Positions 1 through 10,468 of a stretch of 36,875 nt of DNA are shown piece after piece. The notes beneath the pieces are model-generated. The model did no database searches, was not told the DNA's origin, and saw only the letters and a program-made list of their open reading frames with translations. The translations under genes were made by a program, and so were the position numbers. The stretch is from Bdellovibrionota bacterium. Lineage in GTDB: Bacteria > Bdellovibrionota > UBA1018 > UBA923. The first letter of the stretch is position 1. Every line of letters begins with the position of its first letter. Location of the stretch: positions 1-36,875 of the forward strand of contig JBFMCE010000036.1 in NCBI GenBank assembly GCA_040754655.1, read 5' to 3'.

Positions 1-973
1 TTTTTCGGAGCCGCATAATTTCAACCTGATTGAGCTTGCCGGAGGAAAATTCTCGTCGACTCGAATCGACATCGGAAGCCGGTCATTGAGCTTTGAGCGC
101 CTGGCTTTTGTTTTGATGCTCATAGGTTTCGCGGTGAGGCTTCCAGTCGTTCCTCTGCACAGTTGGTTTCCGCACGTTCAAGCCGAAGCGCCGCCGGCGC
201 TCGCTGTGATTTTGTCTGCCGTTTTCATCAAGACGGGCGCGTACGCGATCATTCGGGTGAACTATGCGTTATTTCCTCAGGCCGCATCTTGGGCCGCGGG
301 AGCGTTGACCATCGCGGGCACCATCAACGTTATTTACGGCGCGATCTGCGCTTTGGGCCAACGCGATATCCGAAGGCTCATCGCTTATAGTTGCGTGAGC
401 CACATGGGCTTTGTTTTACTGGGGCTTGGCATATTCTCTTCAACCGCGTTTCACGGGGCTCTGCTTCAGATGGTCTCGCACGGCATTTATGCGGGATTGT
501 TGTTCTTCTTAGTAGGCATCTTGGGGAATCGGTCGGGCGAATTTCAGATCTCAAACGAGGATGGCTCGCTCAATTTCGGCGGCCTGGTGGTTCGCACGCC
601 GATATTGACTGGGTTTTTCACTGTCGCCGTATTTTCGGCTCTCGGAGTGCCGGGCCTCGGAGCGTTCGCCTCAGAGGCGCTCGTTTTTCTGGGCGCGTTT
701 CCTTATCACAGGGTTTTAACGTTGTTTGGGTTGCTTGGAGTGCTTCTTACGGCGGGTTATTTCTTGTGGATGTACCGAAGAGTGTTCCTGGGTCATACCT
801 CGGATTCGACTGCGAAGATCACCGATCTTACGTTGAGAGAGCAAATTTTCCTGATTCCTTTGGTGGTTCTCTGCATTTTCGCAGGCACTTATCCTACCCC
901 TTTGATCAATCTAGCGCGACCTACGATTGATCAGGTGCTTTCTTCGCTGAACGCCGATTCCGGGAGCAAATGA
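1..973 (+). CDS. NuoM-like antiporter-type subunit, divergent paralog (5'-truncated by window edge)
   Basis: Frame is open from position 2 (FSEPHNFNLIELAGG...), so the real start lies outside the window. NuoM motifs: PLHSWFP..EAP, IKTGAY, LIAYSCVSHMG, QMVSHG, PGLGAFASE, YFLWMYRRVFLG. Confidence 0.85.
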   Translation, partial: FSEPHNFNLIELAGGKFSSTRIDIGSRSLSFERLAFVLMLIGFAVRLPVVPLHSWFPHVQAEAPPALAVILSAVFIKTGAYAIIRVNYALFPQAASWAAGALTIAGTINVIYGAICALGQRDIRRLIAYSCVSHMGFVLLGLGIFSSTAFHGALLQMVSHGIYAGLLFFLVGILGNRSGEFQISNEDGSLNFGGLVVRTPILTGFFTVAVFSALGVPGLGAFASEALVFLGAFPYHRVLTLFGLLGVLLTAGYFLWMYRRVFLGHTSDSTAKITDLTLREQIFLIPLVVLCIFAGTYPTPLINLARPTIDQVLSSLNADSGSK

Positions 974-2457
974 CGATGCAATTCGAATTGAGCGAACTAG
1001 CGGCGATCAAACCTGAACTCTTCTTGTTTGCCACTGCCATCGCGGCTTTGATCTCGGATATTCGTTTTCAAAAGACTCGCCCGTACTTGGTGGTGGGGGT
1101 GGTGCTTTTAGGCATGGCCGCGGCTCTTGCCACGACGTTGGTTCAATTTTCCCCAGAAGCCAACCAGGTTTTCTCTCGCTCGCTGTTGATTGATCCGGTG
1201 TCTCAATTTTTCAAGGCCCTTTTGATTTTGACGGGCATGTTGTGCGTTTGTCTGGGATGGATTTCCCGGGAAATCCGCAAGGGCGAAAAGTCAGAGCTGC
1301 AGGTTTTGATCGTGCTCGGCACATTGGCGATGTGCATCATGTGTTCGGCGGTTCACTTCCTACTTCTCTTCATTGCCTATGAAGCTGCGAGCATGGCCTC
1401 AACGATATTGATCGCGTTCAAGAGAAAATCGCAGGCCTCAAGCGAGGCCGCGATCAAACTTTATCTGCACAGCGCTCTGACGTCGGTGTTTTTCGTCGTC
1501 GGAATCGTGATGCTCTACGGTCTCACTCATACTTTTAATATCTTAGACATTCGGGCTTCGTTGGCGAACATCACGAACGCCGCTCCTTATCTTTGGGTGG
1601 CTTTCGGCCTGATCTTCACCGCGGTCGCGGCAAAGATGATGGTGTTCCCATTTCATTCCTTGAGCCCTGATGTGGTTGAAGGAGCCCCTACCCCGGTTTC
1701 GGCATTCTTTTCAATCTCGAGCACGATTGCCGCCAGTGCATTCGCCCTTCGGCTTTGCATCCACGTCTTTAGCGTCAAGGGCGAGGGCGCTTGGGCTCCA
1801 TTAACCGGATTTGATTGGCCACAAGTCATCGCGGGAGTCGCCGCGGTGACGATGACCGTGGGCAATCTTACTGCTATCCATCAGACAAATCTAAAGCGAT
1901 TGATCGGGTATTCTGGAATTGCCCACGCAGGTTATATCCTAATGGGCGTCGCAGTACTGAATTTAGGCGGGCTTGCCGCCGTTCTCTTCTCGCTTGTGGT
2001 TTATGTCATCATGGCGCTTGGTGCGTTTTTCGTGATTCAGATGGTGACGGACCAAGCGAAGAGCGAAGAAACCTCGATTTTAAAAGGCTTGGTTTGGCGC
2101 AATCCTTTTGAAGGGGTGGCGCTTTGCATTTTTCTTCTCGGTCTCGCAGGATTGCCGCCGCTTGTGGGGTTCGTCGGGCGTTTTTACATCCTAGGCGTGG
2201 CCGTGAATGAGAAGTTGTACTGGCTCGCGATAGTGGCTGCTATCAATTGGGTGATCGGTCTTTCGTACTATCTTTTGCTGATTCGAAATATCTGCGCGCC
2301 GCGGGGCTCGGATTCCAATTCTTACTCAGCCATTGCCGCGGGTTCGGTCACGCAATTTGCGTTGAGCATTTTGTTGTTTCCGACGGTCGTCTTAGGAATT
2401 TATTGGGATCCCTTAATGAACTATATTACGCGGTTTTTAACTGAGATCTCGTGGTAA
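970..2457 (+). CDS. NuoN-like antiporter-type subunit, divergent paralog
   Basis: 495 aa, hydrophobic; SSEAAIKLY, KMMVFPFH..PDVVEGAPTP, NLKRLIGYSGIAHAGY, LAGLPPLVGF; ATGA overlap with the upstream gene. Confidence 0.88.
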   Translation: MTMQFELSELAAIKPELFLFATAIAALISDIRFQKTRPYLVVGVVLLGMAAALATTLVQFSPEANQVFSRSLLIDPVSQFFKALLILTGMLCVCLGWISREIRKGEKSELQVLIVLGTLAMCIMCSAVHFLLLFIAYEAASMASTILIAFKRKSQASSEAAIKLYLHSALTSVFFVVGIVMLYGLTHTFNILDIRASLANITNAAPYLWVAFGLIFTAVAAKMMVFPFHSLSPDVVEGAPTPVSAFFSISSTIAASAFALRLCIHVFSVKGEGAWAPLTGFDWPQVIAGVAAVTMTVGNLTAIHQTNLKRLIGYSGIAHAGYILMGVAVLNLGGLAAVLFSLVVYVIMALGAFFVIQMVTDQAKSEETSILKGLVWRNPFEGVALCIFLLGLAGLPPLVGFVGRFYILGVAVNEKLYWLAIVAAINWVIGLSYYLLLIRNICAPRGSDSNSYSAIAAGSVTQFALSILLFPTVVLGIYWDPLMNYITRFLTEISW

Positions 2458-2468
2458 TTAATATCTTT

Positions 2469-2485
2469 ATTTTGTGCTACAAAAT
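2469..2485. promoter_or_regulatory. Inverted repeat ATTTTGT-N3-ACAAAAT, candidate operator upstream of nuoA
   Basis: Perfect 7-3-7 palindrome in the AT-rich 119-bp gap before nuoA. Confidence 0.35.
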
Positions 2486-2576
2486 CACTATATCCTAATA
2501 AACAACTAGGTCATTGCCAGTTTTAAAACTTCCGCGTAATGCCAGACGCGCTCGCCTGTCTGGTGTTGAGGTAAAT

Positions 2577-2939
2577 ATGAGCAATTACATTCCAGTTTTA
2601 ATTTTGATGGGAATTGGTGCAACGATAGCGGGTGTCGTTCTCGTCATCACGCACCTTCTGGGACCAAAGAACCCGAACATCAAGAAAATGAATGTGTACG
2701 AGTGTGGCGTTCCTCCCATTGGCGACGCCAGACGACGGGTTTCGGTGAAATTCTATTTGGTGGCGATTTTGTTTTTATTGTTCGACGTCGAGGGAGTTTT
2801 CTTCTTCCCATGGGCAGTGGCGTACAAGAAGTTTTTAGAGATCAACGCATTTATACTTTTCGAGATGTTCTTCTTTATCGCGATCCTTCTGGTGGGATAT
2901 GTCTATATCCTAAAAAAGGGCGCGCTAGAGTGGGATTAG
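2577..2939 (+). CDS. nuoA: NADH-quinone oxidoreductase subunit A
   Basis: YECGVPPIG, KFYLVAILFLLFDVE, KGALEWD; ATG 2577 with GAGG RBS preferred over TTG 2514. Confidence 0.96.
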   Translation: MSNYIPVLILMGIGATIAGVVLVITHLLGPKNPNIKKMNVYECGVPPIGDARRRVSVKFYLVAILFLLFDVEGVFFFPWAVAYKKFLEINAFILFEMFFFIAILLVGYVYILKKGALEWD

Positions 2940-2962
2940 TCTCAATATAGAGGAGTTTATTA

Positions 2963-3463
2963 ATGGCAAAAGATGGATCGCCAGAGTTCATGACGACGCG
3001 CTTGGACACGATCGTAAACTGGGCGCGCAAAAACTCGCTGTGGCCGTTGCCGTTTGGGACATCATGCTGCGGGATCGAGATGATGGCCGTTCTTTCAGCT
3101 GATTACGATATGGCGCGGTTCGGGGCGGAGGTGGTGCGTTTCTCCCCACGTCAAAGTGACCTTTTGATTTGTGCCGGCACGATCACCTTGAAAATGGCTC
3201 CGGTGCTCAAGAATATTTATGATCAAATGTCGGATCCAAAATGGGTGATGGCGTTCGGCGTATGCACGTCTTCCGGCGGAATTTACAACTCTTATAGCGT
3301 GTTGCAGGGAATCGATACGATCATTCCCGTCGATGTTTACATTCCTGGCTGTCCGCCAAGTCCCGAAGGAGTTCTTCATGGGCTCATCAAACTGCAGAAG
3401 AGAATCCAGAGCGGAGAATACAGCCACCGTGAACGCGCGCGGCATCAGGTGAAACAGCAATGA
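2963..3463 (+). CDS. nuoB: NADH-quinone oxidoreductase subunit B
   Basis: [26 protein letters not shown] (N2 cluster ligands); GAGGAG RBS. Confidence 0.97.
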   Translation: MAKDGSPEFMTTRLDTIVNWARKNSLWPLPFGTSCCGIEMMAVLSADYDMARFGAEVVRFSPRQSDLLICAGTITLKMAPVLKNIYDQMSDPKWVMAFGVCTSSGGIYNSYSVLQGIDTIIPVDVYIPGCPPSPEGVLHGLIKLQKRIQSGEYSHRERARHQVKQQ

Positions 3464-3996
3464 ATATCCAGAACCAAGTTGAGGTCATTCAGAGCAAGTT
3501 AGGTTCGCGCGTTTCGAAGATAGAGTTTGATCGGGTGGGATGCCCAATTGTTTGGGCATCCCCTTCGAATGCGATCGAAGTGCTCAGGTTCCTCAGAGAC
3601 GGCGAGGGGCTTGAGTATCAATTCATGGCGGATCTCACCGCTTATGACGATCAAGACTCGGATGAAGAGAGTCAAGGCAGGTTTGTGGTTGTTTATAATC
3701 TCTACTCGCCTGAGAATAAGACCCGAATCCGAGTGAAGGTTAGAGTCGCTGAAGATGCAGAGGTTCCGACGGCATGTTCTGTATGGGAAGCAGCCAACTG
3801 GGCCGAGCGTGAAGTGTACGACCTGTTCGGGATCAAGTTTTCTGGACATCCCGATCTGCGCCGAATCTTGCTCGATATCCGTTGGCAGGGGCATCCTTTG
3901 AGAAAGGACTACCCTTTGCGACGGTACCAATTGTTTAATGATCCTGAACAAATTCCCAAACAATTGCTTGAAGGTGAGCCTCATGGAAAGAACTGA
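3460..3996 (+). CDS. nuoC: NADH-quinone oxidoreductase subunit C
   Basis: [27 protein letters not shown]...GHPLRKDYP signature. Confidence 0.96.
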   Translation: MNIQNQVEVIQSKLGSRVSKIEFDRVGCPIVWASPSNAIEVLRFLRDGEGLEYQFMADLTAYDDQDSDEESQGRFVVVYNLYSPENKTRIRVKVRVAEDAEVPTACSVWEAANWAEREVYDLFGIKFSGHPDLRRILLDIRWQGHPLRKDYPLRRYQLFNDPEQIPKQLLEGEPHGKN

Positions 3997-5224
3997 AGTT
4001 AGGGAGAATCAAAGTTTAACGAATCAAGAAGATTCCGATGAGATCTACGAAGATGCGCGAATCTACATGAACATCGGTCCGTCGCATCCGGCGACACACG
4101 GAACCCTTCGCGTGATGGTGCGTCTTAATGGCGAGACGATCGAAAAATCCATTAGTGAAATGGGTTACCTCCACCGGGGCAAAGAGAAAATCGCGGAGAA
4201 CACGACTTATCATAAGTTCATTCCCCACACCGATCGCATGAACTATTGCTCAGCGCTCAATAACAACGTCGTTTATACGATGGCCGTTGAGAAGGTGATG
4301 GGACTTGAAGTGCCCGAGCGCACAAAATACGTGCGTACGATCTGCTGCGAGCTTGCCCGTATCATCGATCATTTGATCTGCATCGGGATCAACGCGGTCG
4401 ATCTCGGCGCGTTTTCTTTCTTTCTGTACGGCTTTCACCAACGCGAAGAAGCGTACACGATCATTGAAAAGCTCTGTGGAGCGCGTCTTACGACGAGTTA
4501 TTCCAGGGTCGGGGGTTTAGGCTGGGCCCCTCCGGATGATTTCTTGCCCGCTTTGAAAGCGTGGATTGAGAAATTCGAGCCCGTCATTGATGAAATGGAC
4601 AGGCTTCTCACCACGAACAAGATTTGGATGGATCGAACGATCGGGGTCGGCGCGTTCACAAAAGAACAAGCCATGGCCTTTTCATTCACGGGTCCATGCG
4701 CAAGAGCCAGCAATATCAACATCGATCTCAGGCGTGACCAACCGGAGCCTCTCTTAAAGTACGATGAGGTCGAGTTTGACGTTCCGCTCGGAAAGAATGG
4801 CGATGTGTACGACCGTTATCTTGTCCGCATGGAAGAAATCCGCCAGAGCGTGAAGATCTTGAAGCAGCTTGCGCAGAAATGCCCCACCGAGGGGCCTATT
4901 TGGGTTGAAGACAAACACGTTCGCATTCCCGAGAAGGATCGAACCTTCAACTCGATGGAAGCCTTGATCCATCATTTCAAGTTTTTCATGGAAGGCTTCA
5001 ATGTTCCTGCGGGCGAGGCTTATACCGCGCTTGAAGGACCCAATGGCGAATTCGGTTTCTACGTGATCAGCCGTGGGGGGGCGAAACCTTGGCGGATGCG
5101 AGTGAGGGCGCCTTCGTTTTATCTGTACCAGTCGCTTGATCCGATGATCAAAGGACAGAAGATCGCCGACTTGGTCGCGTCGCTGGGCAGTATCAATATT
5201 ATCGCTGGCGAGTTGGATAGGTGA
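3983..5224 (+). CDS. nuoD: NADH-quinone oxidoreductase subunit D
   Basis: NIGPSHPATHGTLR, GYLHRGKEK, DRMNY, C-terminal GELDR; ATG 3983 after AAGGTGA chosen as start. Confidence 0.96.
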   Translation: MERTEVRENQSLTNQEDSDEIYEDARIYMNIGPSHPATHGTLRVMVRLNGETIEKSISEMGYLHRGKEKIAENTTYHKFIPHTDRMNYCSALNNNVVYTMAVEKVMGLEVPERTKYVRTICCELARIIDHLICIGINAVDLGAFSFFLYGFHQREEAYTIIEKLCGARLTTSYSRVGGLGWAPPDDFLPALKAWIEKFEPVIDEMDRLLTTNKIWMDRTIGVGAFTKEQAMAFSFTGPCARASNINIDLRRDQPEPLLKYDEVEFDVPLGKNGDVYDRYLVRMEEIRQSVKILKQLAQKCPTEGPIWVEDKHVRIPEKDRTFNSMEALIHHFKFFMEGFNVPAGEAYTALEGPNGEFGFYVISRGGAKPWRMRVRAPSFYLYQSLDPMIKGQKIADLVASLGSINIIAGELDR

Positions 5225-5229
5225 TTGAA

Positions 5230-5706
5230 ATGGCTAAGAAACAGCTGTCTGAAGACTTTTACAAGGGAATCGAGAAACTCAAACCACGTTATCCTACGAA
5301 TCAGGCGCTTTTGCTGCCAGCGCTTCATTTGGCGCAAAAAGAGTACGGTTGGATTTCTTCGGAGCTGATGGATGAGGTTGCCGCAGCGATCGACATCCCT
5401 CCCCCAGTGGTGCGCGAAGTGATCACCTTTTATACGATGTACAACCTGAAACCGGTCGGGAAATACCATATGCAGGTGTGCACCAATATTTCTTGCGCGC
5501 TCATGGGCGCCGAAGATCTCTTGCACCATTGCGAGAAGAAATTTGCGATCGAGGCAGGGGAAACTACGCGGGATGGCCGATTCACGATCACTGAGGTTGA
5601 ATGCCTGGGCGCGTGCGGAACCGCTCCTTGCGTTCAAATCAATGATGATTATCACGAGAACTTAAACAAAGAGCGCTTGGACAAGGTTTTAGCAGAGCTT
5701 CCATAA
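5230..5706 (+). CDS. nuoE: NADH-quinone oxidoreductase subunit E
   Basis: [24 protein letters not shown] ([2Fe-2S] N1a); start is ATG 5230 or GTG 5221. Confidence 0.95.
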   Translation: MAKKQLSEDFYKGIEKLKPRYPTNQALLLPALHLAQKEYGWISSELMDEVAAAIDIPPPVVREVITFYTMYNLKPVGKYHMQVCTNISCALMGAEDLLHHCEKKFAIEAGETTRDGRFTITEVECLGACGTAPCVQINDDYHENLNKERLDKVLAELP

Positions 5707-5722
5707 GGGTGAGAGTGATTCA

Positions 5723-6991
5723 ATGTCAGAACTTATAGTCTCAAAGTTTTTTTATAATAAAGAAGCGGCTCCCCTCGAATACTACCGCAAACACGGCGGT
5801 TACGAGGCGCTCAAAAAAGCGCTTTCAATGAAGCCTGAAGACATCATCGCCGAGGTGAAGAAGTCAAATTTGAGGGGACGGGGCGGCGCGGGCTTTCCTA
5901 CGGGGATGAAGTGGGGCTTCATTCCGAAGGAATCAAAGGTTCCAAAGTACCTTGTTTGCAATGCAGACGAATCAGAGCCCGGCACGTTCAAAGATCGCGC
6001 GATCATCACCTACTCTCCTCATATGATGATTGAGGGAATGATCATCGGGTCATTGGCCATAGGTGCCGAGACTTCTTATATTTACATCCGCGGCGAGTAC
6101 GTCAGGGAGGCCGAGTACCTCGAGAAGGCCCTTGAAGAAGCCTATGATGCCGGGCTCTTGGGAAAGAACATCTTGGGCTCTGGCTTCAAACACAATATGT
6201 ACGTTCACCGCGGCGCTGGTGCTTACATCTGTGGTGAAGAGACGGGATTATTGAATAGCCTTGAAGGCAAGCGCGGCGAGCCTCGGGTGAAACCCCCGTT
6301 TCCCGCGATCAAAGGTGCGTTTGGCGGCCCGACGATCGTGAATAACGTGGAAACTCTGGCCAATATTCCGGCGATCCTCAATAAGGGTGGCGAGTGGTTC
6401 GCGAAACTTGGCAAGCTCCCCAATAGCGGCGGCACAAGGCTTTACTGCGTGAGCGGCCACGTCAATAAGCCGGGCTTGTACGAGTTTCCGTGCGCTTCAG
6501 TCACCTTGCGTGAATTGATCTATGATCATTGCGGAGGGATTCGAAACAATCGCAAACTCAAGGCCGTGATCCCTGGCGGTTCTTCGGCACCTGTTCTTTT
6601 GCCGCATGAAATCGATATTCCGTTGGATATCGACCCGATGGCTAAGGCCGGTTCGATGTTGGGATCGGCGGGCGTGATTGTCATCGACGATACATGGTGC
6701 GCCGTGAAAGCGATCAAACGCATCACCCATTTTTATGCGCACGAGTCTTGCGGTCAGTGCACGCCTTGTCGTGAGGGTTGCCGCTGGATGGAAGATGTCC
6801 TCCATCGCATTGAAGACGGTCATGGCAAGGCATCAGACATGGATTTATTGTTGAACGTGGCTGACAACATTAACGGCAAGACTCTTTGCGCCCTTGGCGA
6901 CGCGGCTGCGGGTCCGGTGATGAGTTTTGTTAAAAAATTCAGGCAGGAATTTGAAGATCATATCAAAGGTGGAAAATGCCCAAGTGCATAA
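5723..6991 (+). CDS. nuoF: NADH-quinone oxidoreductase subunit F
   Basis: [47 protein letters not shown]. Confidence 0.97.
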   Translation: MSELIVSKFFYNKEAAPLEYYRKHGGYEALKKALSMKPEDIIAEVKKSNLRGRGGAGFPTGMKWGFIPKESKVPKYLVCNADESEPGTFKDRAIITYSPHMMIEGMIIGSLAIGAETSYIYIRGEYVREAEYLEKALEEAYDAGLLGKNILGSGFKHNMYVHRGAGAYICGEETGLLNSLEGKRGEPRVKPPFPAIKGAFGGPTIVNNVETLANIPAILNKGGEWFAKLGKLPNSGGTRLYCVSGHVNKPGLYEFPCASVTLRELIYDHCGGIRNNRKLKAVIPGGSSAPVLLPHEIDIPLDIDPMAKAGSMLGSAGVIVIDDTWCAVKAIKRITHFYAHESCGQCTPCREGCRWMEDVLHRIEDGHGKASDMDLLLNVADNINGKTLCALGDAAAGPVMSFVKKFRQEFEDHIKGGKCPSA

Positions 6992-8376
6992 TCGACGGTA
7001 AAGAATACGAGTTCAAACCAGGCGAGACGATTATTCAGGTCGCGGATCGGAACAATATCGATATCCCGCGGTTTTGCTATCATCCAGCCTTGACGGTGGT
7101 CGCTCAGTGCCGCATGTGCGCGGTCGAAGTTGAAAAGATGCCGAAAATGCAAACGGCATGCTCGACCCCCGCCGCCGACGGGATGGTTGTTCACACGGCA
7201 TCAGAAAAGGTGAAGAGCATGCGAGCTTCAGTGATGGAGTTCACGTTGATCAATCACCCGCTGGATTGCCCCATCTGCGATGAAGCCGGCGAGTGTACGT
7301 TGCAAGATTACAGCTATGGTTATGGCGCGCCGGATTCTCGTTACGAGGAAGAGCGCCGTACTTTCATCGACCTTGATATGGGACCCGTGATCAAGAAGAA
7401 CATGAACCGCTGCATTCACTGCACGCGTTGCATTCGCTTCTGCGATGAAGTGGGTGGTTTTCGCGAGATGGTGGCTTTGAAGCGCGGCAACTGGACTGAG
7501 ATCACGACCGTTGATGGCAAGCCCCTTGAGACAGAGTATGCGGGCAATTTGGCGGATATTTGTCCCACTGGGTCGTTAACGCTCAAGGATTTCAGATTTA
7601 AGAAGAGATCATGGTTTCTTACGCGGGCGAAATCAATTTGCGAAGGATGTTCACAAGGTTGCAATATCGAAGTGCATCACGAGAACAACACGGTCTTTCG
7701 ACTTACGCCGCGAGAAAACATGGACATCAACAAATGGTGGCTTTGCGATGAGGGGCGTTTCAACATCAAGTACATCCACTCACCCACGCGGGTTGTAGAG
7801 CCCGCGGTTCGCCAAGACAAAACGCTTACCCTTTCAGACTGGTATAGCGCGGTTGCTGAGGCGAAAGAGAAAGTTCACGGAAAAACCCTGGTTCTCGTGG
7901 CGACGGATCTCACCCTTGAAGAGATGAAGGCGATCCAAGAGTTCGCCTCGTCGAAACTCAACGGAGCCGCGATCTATCATTTCGGAACGGAGGGGCACAC
8001 CAAAGCATCTGACGACAAGCCAGAAGACAATATCCTTCGCCGAACCAATAAAACCAGTAACCTTCATGGCGCGGAGAAGCTGGGCCTTAAGGGTTGGGAC
8101 GGACAAGGCAAATTCGATTCCGCGATCGTCTTCAGGGGCGGCAGGGCGCAACTTCCAACGGATCTGAATAAATATGTCAGCGGTTCAATCGTTGGCGTCG
8201 GGGTTTTTCATGAAGAGACAGTCGATGGGTATTCGGTCATTTTGCCCGGGCTTTCGTATGTCGAAAAATCGGGAACTGTGGTGAACTGGCAGGGCAAAGA
8301 ACAAAAGTTTCGCAAAGCGCTTGAGCCGATCGGCCAATCGCGTAGCTTGGTCGACGTGTTCGCCCTTTGGAGTTGA
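6976..8376 (+). CDS. nuoG: NADH-quinone oxidoreductase subunit G (short form, 466 aa)
   Basis: IPRFCYH..CRMC..TAC (N1b), [14 protein letters not shown] (N5), [15 protein letters not shown] (N4), [11 protein letters not shown] (N7). Confidence 0.93.
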   Translation: MPKCIIDGKEYEFKPGETIIQVADRNNIDIPRFCYHPALTVVAQCRMCAVEVEKMPKMQTACSTPAADGMVVHTASEKVKSMRASVMEFTLINHPLDCPICDEAGECTLQDYSYGYGAPDSRYEEERRTFIDLDMGPVIKKNMNRCIHCTRCIRFCDEVGGFREMVALKRGNWTEITTVDGKPLETEYAGNLADICPTGSLTLKDFRFKKRSWFLTRAKSICEGCSQGCNIEVHHENNTVFRLTPRENMDINKWWLCDEGRFNIKYIHSPTRVVEPAVRQDKTLTLSDWYSAVAEAKEKVHGKTLVLVATDLTLEEMKAIQEFASSKLNGAAIYHFGTEGHTKASDDKPEDNILRRTNKTSNLHGAEKLGLKGWDGQGKFDSAIVFRGGRAQLPTDLNKYVSGSIVGVGVFHEETVDGYSVILPGLSYVEKSGTVVNWQGKEQKFRKALEPIGQSRSLVDVFALWS

Positions 8377-8379
8377 TGA

Positions 8380-9474
8380 ATGGATAATCTAGATTGGATC
8401 GTGATGGGCGCGAAGATCGCGCTTGTAGTCGTGGTGATGCTGCAAGTCGTTCCCATGATGGTTTGGATTGAGCGCAGGGGTTCTGCTTTGATGCAGAATC
8501 GTTTGGGCCCCAACCGCGTTGGTCCATTGGGTTTGCTTCAATCTTTGGCCGATGTGATCAAATTCATCATGAAAGAGGATTTTGTCCCGTCGCATGTCGA
8601 GAAGTTCTACTTCTTGCTTGCTCCGGTGGCGGTATTGATACCAGCCTTCATGACATTCGCGGTGGTCCCGTTTGGCGGCGACATCACCATCGGCGATCGC
8701 GTTTACCATCTGCAGATCACGGACCTGAATGTCGGCCTTCTTTATATTTTCTCGATCGCATCACTTGGCGTGTACGGCATCATCATGGCTGGCTGGTCTT
8801 CAAACAATAAATATTCGTTGTTGGGAAGCCTTCGCAGTTCGGCTCAAATGATCAGTTATGAGTTAGCGCTGGGCTTGAGCGTCATCGGCATCATCATGAC
8901 ATTCGAAAGCGTGAACCTGCGCGACATCGTCGTGGGGCAAAGCCAGGCGCTTCTTCCTTACGTGCCGAAATGGGGCGTGATCGTTCAACCCATCGGGTTT
9001 TTGATTTTCTTGACTGCGATTTTCGCCGAAACCAATCGCCTCCCCTTCGATTTGCCCGAGGGTGAGAGCGAGATCGTGGCGGGATATCACACAGAATACG
9101 GCGCCATGAAATTCGCGCTCTTCTTCATGGCCGAGTACCTGAACATGCTCACGGGCTCGGCTTTGGCGGCTACTCTCTATTTTGGCGGCTATCTCTTGTT
9201 GCCGGGCATGGATCTTTTGATCTCGCCGCTTGCTGGTTTGATCGGGAACTTGAGCGCCGTGCCTAATCCTGAGGAATGGGCGCGAGTCGCATTGGAAGTG
9301 CTCTCATTCACGCTCAAGGTAGGCTTTTTCATGTGGTTCTTTGTCTGGGTTCGTTGGACGTTACCACGCTTTCGTTATGATCAGCTGATGCAGATTGGCT
9401 GGAAAATACTTCTTCCGTTGTCGTTGGCGAATATCGTGGTGACGGCGGTGCTTATTTACTTAAAGGTGATCTAA
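8380..9474 (+). CDS. nuoH: NADH-quinone oxidoreductase subunit H
   Basis: QNRLGPNRVGPLGLLQ, AETNRLPFDLPEGESE, RWTLPRFRYDQLM. Confidence 0.97.
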   Translation: MDNLDWIVMGAKIALVVVVMLQVVPMMVWIERRGSALMQNRLGPNRVGPLGLLQSLADVIKFIMKEDFVPSHVEKFYFLLAPVAVLIPAFMTFAVVPFGGDITIGDRVYHLQITDLNVGLLYIFSIASLGVYGIIMAGWSSNNKYSLLGSLRSSAQMISYELALGLSVIGIIMTFESVNLRDIVVGQSQALLPYVPKWGVIVQPIGFLIFLTAIFAETNRLPFDLPEGESEIVAGYHTEYGAMKFALFFMAEYLNMLTGSALAATLYFGGYLLLPGMDLLISPLAGLIGNLSAVPNPEEWARVALEVLSFTLKVGFFMWFFVWVRWTLPRFRYDQLMQIGWKILLPLSLANIVVTAVLIYLKVI

Positions 9475-9476
9475 AA

Positions 9477-9926
9477 ATGTTGGTTCAGAAAAAAGTCGGC
9501 TTACTCAATAAGCTCTACTTCGTCGATATCGCAAAGGGACTTTTGATCACGATGAAGAACCTTTTGTTCGCAAAAAAGGTGACGATCCAATATCCCGAAG
9601 AACGCAGGCAATACTCGGATCGTTACCGGGGCCTTCATTACATCAAAGCGGTCAACGGCGTTGAGAACTGCACGGCATGCATGCTTTGTCCGACGGTGTG
9701 CCCGGCCGAGTGCATTCATATCGAAGCTGGTGAGCGCGAAGACAAAGAGAAGTATCCCGTGACCTTTGAGATCGATATCTTGCGTTGTTGTTATTGCGGG
9801 TTTTGCGAAGAAGCTTGTCCTAAAGATGCGATCAAGCTTAGCAATATCTATGAGATGGCGGTTTTTGATCGCAAAGAAGGCATTTACGACAAGAACAACC
9901 TGCTCATTCAGCGAGGCAATAAATAA
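9477..9926 (+). CDS. nuoI: NADH-quinone oxidoreductase subunit I
   Basis: TIQYPEE, two CxxCxxCxxxCP motifs (CTACMLCPTVCP, CCYCGFCEEACP). Confidence 0.96.
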   Translation: MLVQKKVGLLNKLYFVDIAKGLLITMKNLLFAKKVTIQYPEERRQYSDRYRGLHYIKAVNGVENCTACMLCPTVCPAECIHIEAGEREDKEKYPVTFEIDILRCCYCGFCEEACPKDAIKLSNIYEMAVFDRKEGIYDKNNLLIQRGNK

Positions 9927-10468
9927 TGGAATTACCTACTGGCGCCACTGACATTTTCTTTTACATCTTTTCCACCCTAGGCGTTTTGTTCGCTCTCGGC
10001 GTGGTTCTGAATAAGAACCCGATCGCCAGCGCATTCAGCTTAGTGGTGGTCTTCTTCTGCGTTGCCGCTAACTACGCTTTGATGCACGCGCATTTCATCG
10101 CGGCGATCCAAATCCTGGTCTATGCGGGTGCGATCATGGTCTTGTTCGTATTCGTGATCATGCTCTTGAACGCCGACATCAAGAACCTAGACCTTGGAAA
10201 GAGCAAGCTCTTCCAAGGAGGATCGGCAGTGCTTTGCGCCGCGCTTTTGGCGATGTTCGTCTGGGCTGCAAAAAACGGAACGACTGCCGTCACCAAAGGA
10301 GAGCTGAGCTCAGAGAAAATTGAAAGCCTTGGCGGCAACGTGCAAGTGCTCTCGATGATCATGTTCTCAGACTACGTCTTGCCCTTTGAATTGACGTCGA
10401 TTTTGTTGCTTGTGGGCATCGTCGGTTCCGTGGCGCTGGCGAAGCGGAAGCTGGAGCAAAAACAATGA
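9926..10468 (+). CDS. nuoJ: NADH-quinone oxidoreductase subunit J
   Basis: QILVYAGAIMVLFVFVIMLL, YVLPFELTSILLL. Confidence 0.96.
   Translation: MELPTGATDIFFYIFSTLGVLFALGVVLNKNPIASAFSLVVVFFCVAANYALMHAHFIAAIQILVYAGAIMVLFVFVIMLLNADIKNLDLGKSKLFQGGSAVLCAALLAMFVWAAKNGTTAVTKGELSSEKIESLGGNVQVLSMIMFSDYVLPFELTSILLLVGIVGSVALAKRKLEQKQ

Noticed and set aside
1..2457. Extra subunits as MrpD or hydrogenase membrane subunits
   Set aside because: The TM12 Glu (FASE), the PDVxEGAPT signature and the M-then-N order fit NuoM/NuoN better; not fully excluded without upstream sequence.
7700..8379. Frameshifted nuoG pseudogene
   Set aside because: The frame is continuous through the late LP...EK.GT..N motif, and nuoH follows after 3 bp, leaving no room for a missing part.
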